Below, in pieces: positions 56,950 through 64,000 of a DNA stretch of 64,000 bases. Origin of the DNA: an uncultured Prevotellaceae bacterium (GTDB lineage Bacteria > Bacteroidota > Bacteroidia > Bacteroidales > Bacteroidaceae); contig CAMHUU010000006.1 in the NCBI GenBank assembly GCA_946188395.1, forward strand, positions 21,866 to 85,865, written 5' to 3'. The position numbers were made by a program, and so were the translations under genes. Within the stretch, counting starts at the first letter, position 1, and every line of letters begins with the position of its first letter. Under the pieces are notes generated by a model. It saw nothing but the letters and a program-made list of their open reading frames with translations, ran no database searches and had not been told where the DNA came from.

Positions 56950-58170
56950 TTACCAGAACTGGAAGAAATAGTAGACAGCGGCTTTCTTCAGGTCGCCTAA
57001 AGGCTCGACGCGTCCGACAATGCTGCCGTTGTAGCGCACATCGCCTGTTCGTGGATCGATGCCGCCCACGATGTGGCCGTTGATACGTACTGTGCCGTCG
57101 TCATCGATGGTGCCAACGACGTGACCATTCTTCAGTACCTCATTGCCGCGCAACAGACCTTCAATATGGCCGCCGACATAGATATTGTTGTTGCCGTCGA
57201 TTTTTCCCTTGATGCTACCACCGACGTATACTGTACCGTCGGCCAGCATACTGCCTACGATGCTGCCGTTCTTGCGGAACGACATCTCGCTGCTGCCCTT
57301 GCCGCCAGACGAACCGTGACGCTTCTCTATCTCCTTATTGGCCTCGGCGTAGAACTCCTCGTCGGTGGGGTTATAAGTCATCGTAGCAGCCTCATAGCCA
57401 TCTTTGATAGCTACCAGTTGCTTGTTGGAATGCAGATATCCGAAGATGAAATAAGCCAGTACCACACCGTTCATCTTATCAGACGCGTCAATGAATGTGC
57501 CGTCGCCAAGTATCGCTTGTTTCTGGTTTTGTATCGAACCGACGTTCTTCTTGTCTACAAACATGATGCCGATTTCGTCACAGCGTATTTGCTCGCCGCG
57601 AGGTGTGGTAAACGTCTGACCGTCGATGCTGCCTACCTTTTTGCCGTTGCCATCGGTCACCGTGCCGTCCGTTTGGAACAGGAGCGTCCTGCCATCAGCC
57701 GTTGTCAGCTTACAGGCTGCGCGGTCGTAAGTGCCAAGCACCTTACCCGTTTTGCGCACTTTAATGGTAACCTCGCCAGGTTCGCCGGGAGCCACCTTGG
57801 CCAGCACCTTCTCAGTAGACTTTGCACTGCTGAAAGTGGTGGTCTTTTTGGCTGCTGCCTTGCTCTGCTTTTCCTGCTCGGCTTCCTCGTTCAGTTTCTT
57901 GTAATAGTCGTTGCTGCCGTAGTCGTCGTTTTGGGGGTCGCCGCTGTTGCGAACCTTGCCGACGGTTTTGTTGACAGCGTTATTCTCCGATTCTTCGACA
58001 GCGTCGCGTACCTTGGCTTTCTGCCTGTATTCCTCCGTGTCCACCTTATCCTTTACGGCTTGTTTAGCCTTCTTAAGCAGGCCGCCGAACTGAGCGGAGG
58101 CTGTGGTCTGTACTCCAAACATGATGACGAGGGCCATCAGAATTCTTGCGATTGAATGATTGTGTTTCAT
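56950..58170 (-). CDS. Secreted hypothetical protein with beta-hairpin repeats (beta-flower-like)
   Basis: Signal peptide 'ASAQFGGLLKKAK' and two regions of ~17-aa '(N)G.IVG.I..DG.V' repeats. Confidence 0.7.
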   Translation of the reverse strand: MKHNHSIARILMALVIMFGVQTTASAQFGGLLKKAKQAVKDKVDTEEYRQKAKVRDAVEESENNAVNKTVGKVRNSGDPQNDDYGSNDYYKKLNEEAEQEKQSKAAAKKTTTFSSAKSTEKVLAKVAPGEPGEVTIKVRKTGKVLGTYDRAACKLTTADGRTLLFQTDGTVTDGNGKKVGSIDGQTFTTPRGEQIRCDEIGIMFVDKKNVGSIQNQKQAILGDGTFIDASDKMNGVVLAYFIFGYLHSNKQLVAIKDGYEAATMTYNPTDEEFYAEANKEIEKRHGSSGGKGSSEMSFRKNGSIVGSMLADGTVYVGGSIKGKIDGNNNIYVGGHIEGLLRGNEVLKNGHVVGTIDDDGTVRINGHIVGGIDPRTGDVRYNGSIVGRVEPLGDLKKAAVYYFFQFW

Positions 58171-58211
58171 AATGCTTGCTTATAATGTTTTTTTGAAAGT
58201 TTCCGGGTAGA

Positions 58212-59300
58212 TTAGAAGTCGCTGTCGAACTGATCCTTCATAGACATGGTAACGGCCTTCTCCTTGTCGCTGACGAACCAACCGTTCTTGTTGGTCTCGC
58301 GGAGCTCGACAAAGCGCAAGTCGGGATTCTCGAAGCCCATGTCGTCGAGACTGGTGGCGCTGGGGTTGGGGAAGAGGCAGATCTTGGCCATGTTCTTATT
58401 ACCCCAACTGGCAACGGGCGACAGCGGAGTGCTGGGATGCCAGCCTACTCGTACCTTATATGGACCTTGGTCGTAGCCCTTGCCGTTGGGCTTGTACTGG
58501 TTGCCGGGAGTGGCTCCGTCGAAGTAGCCGAACAACGAGTTGAACTTCCAGGCACCAGCGGCGTCCTTACCCACAAGACCTGCTGTGCAGACATCTTGGA
58601 ATACCTGATTAGACACACCAGTGGTGTTGAGCTGCGAGTAGTGCTTGCCATAGAGGTAGTCGATCATGTCGCGACAATCCTGGCTGCAGTCGAGAATACG
58701 GGGCCATACAGCCACCAGACAGGCAGCGACGAAGAGCGGATTTTTCATGCCTTCGATGCGGTTGCCGTTACCGTCCTCGATGAGTGTCTTCAACTCGGCG
58801 ACGTTACGCGGCAGACGGTTGAAGGTGAATTCAGCCACCTGGAACGTGATTGTACCGTCGCCCGGAGTCTTGACGTCGCGACCATGAAAGACCAACTCAT
58901 AGGTGGTCGTCGAGTCGCAGGTGATGGTTTCGACGGGAATGGAGTAGGCGGTCATTTTCTTTATCTTATCGACCTGATAGGGATACTTTTGGACTACGCC
59001 CGGATTCTGTCCCGTACGTCCGTTCTCCAGATAGAAAGCCGAATTTTCGGTAATGGTCGTTGTGGTCGAACGGAACCCCATGGGGTTCTGGGCCTGGAAG
59101 TCGAGGTAGTCGTGTTCTGGGTTGCAGAAGGTGTATTCGTCCTTCATCGTGGCTGCCACGCTGTTGTTGGACTGTCCTACGGGAATCTTATCGCCTGTGA
59201 TGGGAACGGTAAATTCAACGCGGAAATACTGCTGGTTGGCCTGTGCGAAGGCGGTGAGAGCTGCGAAGGCCATGACTATGGTTGTATAAATCTTTTTCAT
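58212..59300 (-). CDS. Secreted hypothetical protein, C-terminal DUF6935-like domain
   Basis: Signal peptide; 'FTFNRLPRNVAELK...P.FVAA...YFDGATPGNQYKP'. Family assignment from memory only. Confidence 0.6.
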   Translation of the reverse strand: MKKIYTTIVMAFAALTAFAQANQQYFRVEFTVPITGDKIPVGQSNNSVAATMKDEYTFCNPEHDYLDFQAQNPMGFRSTTTTITENSAFYLENGRTGQNPGVVQKYPYQVDKIKKMTAYSIPVETITCDSTTTYELVFHGRDVKTPGDGTITFQVAEFTFNRLPRNVAELKTLIEDGNGNRIEGMKNPLFVAACLVAVWPRILDCSQDCRDMIDYLYGKHYSQLNTTGVSNQVFQDVCTAGLVGKDAAGAWKFNSLFGYFDGATPGNQYKPNGKGYDQGPYKVRVGWHPSTPLSPVASWGNKNMAKICLFPNPSATSLDDMGFENPDLRFVELRETNKNGWFVSDKEKAVTMSMKDQFDSDF

Positions 59301-59331
59301 AATGGTTTGTGATTATCTTATTATTTACTAT

Positions 59332-60042
59332 TTATTTCTTAAAAAACTTGAGAGCCTTGTTGCCTACCTTGACGACGTAGACACCCCGGCGCAGATGGGC
59401 GACATGAATGGTGGTTATACCATTCGATACTGCAGATTCGGCTACCATGCGTCCGTCGGTAGCGAAGACAATGGCTTCCGTGGCCGCCCCACAACCGGAA
59501 ATGGTCATTTCGGAACTGATGGGGGTTGTCAGTCGAAGCTGTTCGTCGCTAGGAAGCACACGGGGCTTGTCGATGCCGGAAGCGATGACGTCTTCCACCT
59601 TGTCGGCATCGCCGCGATAGAAGTAGACAAACGACACATCTGGCTCGGTCGTGCTGCCCACGATGACATCGAACAGTGAAGAGCCGTCCTTGGCGGTCAT
59701 TGTCGGCAGGTCCTTCATATAGAAGTACTTACCCGTGTTGGTGAGCAGGAATACGGGTTTCGACATGTCGGGGGCGTCGCTGTCCGACGATCCGCCCGAA
59801 TACTTGCTGAGGTCGATGTCTGACTCGTGTTTCTCGAAGCTGATGCTCTCGACATTGGTGGCACCTTCGCCGTCCTTGACGACGATTTCGAACGTGCTGC
59901 CGCCATCGGGAACCACCATCATGCTGACGCGAGCCATTTCGATGTACTGCCCTGTGTTGGTCTTCAGACACATCACGTTCTTGGCAAAGGCCTGAGGGGC
60001 GCAGAGCAATACTGCTGCAAAGAATAACAATCTTTTCTTCAT
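59332..60042 (-). CDS. T9SS cargo protein with internally duplicated domain
   Basis: Signal peptide, two 'L.TNTG.Y...DG.S.F...V' repeats, CTD 'HLRRGVYVVKVGNKALKFFKK'. Confidence 0.8.
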   Translation of the reverse strand: MKKRLLFFAAVLLCAPQAFAKNVMCLKTNTGQYIEMARVSMMVVPDGGSTFEIVVKDGEGATNVESISFEKHESDIDLSKYSGGSSDSDAPDMSKPVFLLTNTGKYFYMKDLPTMTAKDGSSLFDVIVGSTTEPDVSFVYFYRGDADKVEDVIASGIDKPRVLPSDEQLRLTTPISSEMTISGCGAATEAIVFATDGRMVAESAVSNGITTIHVAHLRRGVYVVKVGNKALKFFKK

Positions 60043-60063
60043 AATGGTTTTGTTTTTTGTGAA

Positions 60064-60255
60064 TTATAGTTGTTTATTTAAAAGTTTGTCTACTTGTTGA
60101 CTGACCTTCTGGTTGATCATCTGTTCGATGAGGGGTTCGAGCTGGGTCATACGCTTGTCGAGCAATCGTTCGATGACCTCTTCCTGTTGCAGAAGATAGT
60201 GCAGGTATTCGATTGAGAATCGTTTGGCCTCTTGTTGTTGCTCGGTTTTCTTCAT
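60064..60255 (-). CDS. Small helical hypothetical protein (63 aa)
   Basis: ATG 60255 lies downstream of TAccTTTG (60282-60289). Q/E/L-rich amphipathic sequence, first gene of the downstream run. Confidence 0.55.
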   Translation of the reverse strand: MKKTEQQQEAKRFSIEYLHYLLQQEEVIERLLDKRMTQLEPLIEQMINQKVSQQVDKLLNKQL

Positions 60256-60360
60256 CGTCGCATTGTTTGCTTTTGTCGTTGCAAAGGTACGGCGTTTTTG
60301 GGTTTCGTCACTTGACAAAACCTTCCAAATAATTGTTTTTTTCTTCCAAAATGCAAAAAA

Positions 60361-62016
60361 TCAAGCATTTCTGCCTGATTTTTCGCGATATTGCGTCGGT
60401 GTGATGCCGTAGATGCGTTTGAAAGTGTGGGTGAAACTGCTGGCATCGTCGAAACCACATTTGAAAGCTACATCGACGACGGGCATGTCGGCATGTTCGG
60501 TTAGCAATTTGCCTGCCTTCTCCATCTGAATGGCGGAAATGAATGCCTTGGGGGTCTCGCCGGCGGCACTCATCAGACGGCGACGGAAAGTCTGCTGACT
60601 CATGTTCAGTTTCGAGGCAATGACATCGACGCCCAACTTTTTGTCGGCAAATCCTTCGTTGACCACTTCGATGACGCGCATGAGGAACGCCCGGTCGGTT
60701 TCGGACGTCAGTGGAGCTTCCGTCGTTTCGGCATCGGCAGGCTCAGTATCGGATGCGGGTCGGTTTTCGTTGGTGTCTGCCTTCAGCAATTCTATTTCGC
60801 GCATCAGTTCGGCCACATGCTGCTGTTCCTTCTGATGGGCGCGGCGCACGAACCACCAGGCAACGAGCGATAAGAGGAGAATGGCGACAATGGCGATGAT
60901 GATGGTGCGTTGGTGGGCCTGACGTACGGCGTCGTTCTCCTGTTGTAGCAGGTCGTTGCCGAATTCGGCGTTATAATGCGACAGGGCATCGGCGGTAGCG
61001 TGCGAATAGAGCGAGTCCTTCAGCAGGTCGAAATAGTCTAATTCAATCTTGGCACTATCGGGGTTGAGTTCCCAATAGCATTCGTAAAGTCCGCGATGCG
61101 AGTGGATTTCGTTATACAGGTCGCCCATCTTCGAGAAAAGCCCTGCGGCTTCCCGATAGTATGGGATAGCTTCGCGTTGACGGTGCTGACAGAGTAGCGA
61201 CATGCCCAAACGGTTCAGGGCAATGGCCATCGAGTGGATGTCGCCCATCTCGCGGAACGACGGAACGATGCGGCGGAACACCTCTTCGGCTTTCTCGTAG
61301 TGGTGCAGGCCCAGCTCGGCAGAACCAATCTGCGACAAGCGGATGATCATCTTGTCTTGACGACCTAATTCCTGTTCGATGTCGTAGGCCTGCGCGGCAT
61401 ACGACAGCGCTTTCTCGTCGTCGCCCAGCGAATGGTAGATTTCTGATGCCATACCCATGATGATGGCTTTACGGCCGGGATTGTTGACCTGTCTGGCATG
61501 CTCAAGGGCCTGTAGGATAATCTGTTCGGCCTCTTTGGACTGGTTGCCAGCCATATAGATGCCCGCCAGCGTGTTCATGCTGGACGAGATGCGGTCGTGA
61601 TCGCCGCCCTGCAACTCCTGTTCCACACTTTGTTGGGCGTAGTGTGCTGCTTTGTCGAAGTCGCTCAGGCGGACATAGATGCAGCCCAGTGTGTTCAGGC
61701 AGTCGGCCTTTTCGGGATTGGCGGGATGATACTTGTCAAGGGCTTTCAGCGCGTATTGCTCAGCCTGGTCGTAGTGCTGCTGATCGTAGAACCACTCGGC
61801 AGCCCAATACCACACCTGCTGTTGCAGCGAGTCGACGGGCGTACCTTTCGCAAACGCGATGGGCTCGTCGAGAAAGTCGTTCTTCTTCAGCTCGTCGAAA
61901 AACTGGTTGGCTTTCGCCACATCGGCTTGTTGGTCAAACTGTTGCAGCAAAGTTTCCACTTGTTGGGCCTTTGCTACAGTGCAAAGCAATATCAAAAGGA
62001 TGGCAATTTTTCTCAT
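60361..62016 (-). CDS. Membrane-anchored TPR sensor-AraC transcriptional regulator
   Basis: Signal peptide from ATG 62016, TPR repeats, TM, AraC 'VAFKCGFDDASSFTHTFKRIYGITPTQYR'. Confidence 0.9.
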   Translation of the reverse strand: MRKIAILLILLCTVAKAQQVETLLQQFDQQADVAKANQFFDELKKNDFLDEPIAFAKGTPVDSLQQQVWYWAAEWFYDQQHYDQAEQYALKALDKYHPANPEKADCLNTLGCIYVRLSDFDKAAHYAQQSVEQELQGGDHDRISSSMNTLAGIYMAGNQSKEAEQIILQALEHARQVNNPGRKAIIMGMASEIYHSLGDDEKALSYAAQAYDIEQELGRQDKMIIRLSQIGSAELGLHHYEKAEEVFRRIVPSFREMGDIHSMAIALNRLGMSLLCQHRQREAIPYYREAAGLFSKMGDLYNEIHSHRGLYECYWELNPDSAKIELDYFDLLKDSLYSHATADALSHYNAEFGNDLLQQENDAVRQAHQRTIIIAIVAILLLSLVAWWFVRRAHQKEQQHVAELMREIELLKADTNENRPASDTEPADAETTEAPLTSETDRAFLMRVIEVVNEGFADKKLGVDVIASKLNMSQQTFRRRLMSAAGETPKAFISAIQMEKAGKLLTEHADMPVVDVAFKCGFDDASSFTHTFKRIYGITPTQYREKSGRNA

Positions 62017-62124
62017 ACAGTTGACAAAGGTACGGAAAATTGTAGGCAAAACCAAAAAAAAACTAATATATTTGGCTTTTTACGTGCTTATTTGTAACTT
62101 TGCAGCCGCAAATAGCGAATAGAT

Positions 62125-63222
62125 ATGAAAAAGATTGTTTTATTTCTGCTGGTGATAGTCTCCGTGCTGCCCATGAAGGCCCAGCAGACGGAAATGGCCC
62201 AGCAGCGTCAACAGATTCAGTTGGCTCCGGAGCCCGCGAAGAAGAATTTCTTGAAGGATTATTTTAAGAAATATTTCCAGCATTTGGATGTTGGTGTGAA
62301 CTTGGGTACTACAGGCATAGGTGTCGATGTGAGCATGCCCGTGCACGATATCGTGTGTCTTCGTACTGGCTTTAACTATATGCCCCGCGTAGAAGTGCCA
62401 ATGACTTTTGGCATTCAGGTGGGTGACGATCCTGCCACGAGTGACAGTAAGTTTGCCAAGATGGCATCTGTACTTCAGGATTTGACGGGTAATCCCGTGA
62501 GCGACCATGTGGATATGATTGGCAAGGCGAAGATGTGGAACTGGAATTTTCTGGTGGATGTGTATCCGCTGAAGAATAACAAGCATTGGCGTGTGACGGC
62601 CGGTTTCTTCCTGGGCCCGTCGACGATAGCCGAGTCGTATAACAAGACCGAGAGTATGGCCTCGTTGGTAGCTGTGGGTATCTATAATAATATGTATAAT
62701 AAGCTGCACGGCAAGACCAAGCGCGAGCTGGCCAGCGTGAAACTGGTAGACCTGTCTGTTTTAGGCCCAGAATATAAAGATCTCTATTTTGACATAGATA
62801 TGCTGTATGCATTGCAGCAAGGTTTCGACGCCGCTGGTCGTATGGGTGTCATTCTGGGTACCTATGTGAACGATGTGTTGGACAAGGATGGCAATGTGAT
62901 TCACAAGAAGGGTGAGTATTATATGATGACTCCCGACGACGACGATATGGTGAAGGCCGATATGAAGGTCAATGCTTTCAAACCCTATATTGGTGTTGGC
63001 TATGAGGGTAGGCTGGTGAAGGGTAATGACCGCCTGACGGTAGCTGTTGACGGCGGAATCATGCTGTGGGGCGGTAAACCCAGTCTGATAACACACGACG
63101 GAACAGACCTGATTCACGATGTGGAAGGCATCACGGGCAAAGTGGGCAGCTATGTGGACGTGATGTCGAAACTATCGGTATACCCGACACTGAGCGTCAG
63201 GTTTGCATATACGATATTCTAA
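62125..63222 (+). CDS. Outer-membrane beta-barrel protein with large loop insertion
   Basis: Signal peptide, 'GVNLGTTGIGVDV', 'VDVYP', 'KPYIGVGY', C-terminal 'YPTLSVRFAYTIF'. Confidence 0.75.
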   Translation: MKKIVLFLLVIVSVLPMKAQQTEMAQQRQQIQLAPEPAKKNFLKDYFKKYFQHLDVGVNLGTTGIGVDVSMPVHDIVCLRTGFNYMPRVEVPMTFGIQVGDDPATSDSKFAKMASVLQDLTGNPVSDHVDMIGKAKMWNWNFLVDVYPLKNNKHWRVTAGFFLGPSTIAESYNKTESMASLVAVGIYNNMYNKLHGKTKRELASVKLVDLSVLGPEYKDLYFDIDMLYALQQGFDAAGRMGVILGTYVNDVLDKDGNVIHKKGEYYMMTPDDDDMVKADMKVNAFKPYIGVGYEGRLVKGNDRLTVAVDGGIMLWGGKPSLITHDGTDLIHDVEGITGKVGSYVDVMSKLSVYPTLSVRFAYTIF

Positions 63223-63243
63223 AAAAAACGATAGGAAGTAAAA

Positions 63244-63277
63244 AATAGCCGCTCCAGTTAGAGCGGCTATTCTTTTT
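63244..63277. terminator. Intrinsic terminator (likely bidirectional)
   Basis: AATAGCCGCTC-cagtta-GAGCGGCTATT flanked by A and T runs, between convergent genes. Confidence 0.85.
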
Positions 63278-63278
63278 G

Positions 63279-63353
63279 TCGTTATTTCGTTATTTCGGTA
63301 TTCCGATATTCCGATATTCCGATATTCCGATATTCTGTTATACCGTTATTCCG
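63279..63353. repeat. Octamer tandem repeat (~9 units)
   Basis: (T/C)CG(T/A)TATT units; a related array lies at 12236-12265. Confidence 0.85.
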
Positions 63354-63357
63354 AAAG

Positions 63358-64000
63358 TTATTTCACGACTTTACGTCCGTTGATGATGTAGATGCCCTTC
63401 GAGAGACCTTCCAATGTGGTGGCCTGCTCGCGAACACGACGGCCACTCATGTCGTAGACGTCTGCACGCTTGCTGTCGCCAGCAATGGTCTGGATGGCTG
63501 AAGCCTCTGCGATGGTCAGCACACCGGCCACGTAGTACATCTCGTAGTTCGTAGCTTCGGCACCACTGACGGTGATTTCGTAAGTGCCAGGAGCACTCGT
63601 GGCAGTAGCCGTACAGGTAACTGTCGGTTTCTTGATGAGCACATCCTCGGTCTCACTGTTCTTGAAACCATCGTAGGTAACGGTATAGGTAGGCAGTGCC
63701 TCACCCTGTGTGATGGTAAAGCTCGTCGCAGTAATGGTCAGCGGAGTCTTGGCGATGGTCAGCGTACCATCCAACAGCGTGATATTGTTGTTGGTCAGCG
63801 AACCCTTGGCCATCTTGATGGGGTAGGTACCGACGTTCGACGTAGCGGTAGCCTCGCAGGTCAACTCGGGAGTACCCTGAGGTTCGCCTTCAAGAATCGA
63901 ATAGGTCAGTGAGGGTACTGCATCGCCATAGAACATCTCTTTGTTGTCGGCCTGCAGCGTGATGCCGTCAGCCTGGTCGGCAGTTACCACCTTCATAACG
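63358..64000 (-). CDS. C-terminal part of a surface protein with MBG-like Ig repeats and T9SS-type tail (runs off window)
   Basis: Two 'YGD..P.LTY...GTY.I...GTLTI' repeats; tail 'VYDMSGRRV...KGIYIINGRKVVK'. Confidence 0.8.
   Translation of the reverse strand, partial: VMKVVTADQADGITLQADNKEMFYGDAVPSLTYSILEGEPQGTPELTCEATATSNVGTYPIKMAKGSLTNNNITLLDGTLTIAKTPLTITATSFTITQGEALPTYTVTYDGFKNSETEDVLIKKPTVTCTATATSAPGTYEITVSGAEATNYEMYYVAGVLTIAEASAIQTIAGDSKRADVYDMSGRRVREQATTLEGLSKGIYIINGRKVVK

Noticed and set aside
56950-64000. Large genomic island integrated at tmRNA
   Set aside because: The second att-like copy is only 69 bp downstream. I found no integrase or further repeat, though I cannot exclude one beyond the window.

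Overview
A roughly 55% GC chromosomal window from a Bacteroidota genome, most likely Prevotellaceae (TAnnTTTG promoters, T9SS-type C-terminal tails, tmRNA tag GNNEYALAA). It contains housekeeping genes (cls, kdsD, kdsA, purD, serB, an S9 peptidase, an RlmL-like methyltransferase), several sensor/regulator genes, a GH31 alpha-xylosidase, rmlC, two tandem CotH-family kinases, a Wzx/Wzy capsule-type locus (40.7-56.3 kb, mostly minus strand), the tmRNA gene and a cluster of secreted proteins. The most striking unexplained structure is at 38030-40736. A single BT4734/VirE-VapE primase-helicase-like gene is bracketed by 112-bp ungapped inverted repeats (81/112 identical by hand alignment) built from iteron-like GTGC motifs, an AT-rich palindromic spacer and a hairpin. 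The unit has internal 22-bp tandem repeats, no transposase or integrase, and a truncated MNT-HEPN toxin-antitoxin relic at its left edge. Other notable items: a LacI repressor fused in frame to an HTCS-type periplasmic sensor plus HATPase, with three LacI-like operators and a divergent candidate sRNA; an HTCS lacking its phosphorylation residues; a Wzz-Wzy fusion; a duplicated tmRNA 3' end enclosing a 69-bp hairpin-rich insert; and heptamer repeats that form parts of signal peptides. All family assignments come from motif recognition by eye, not database searches.
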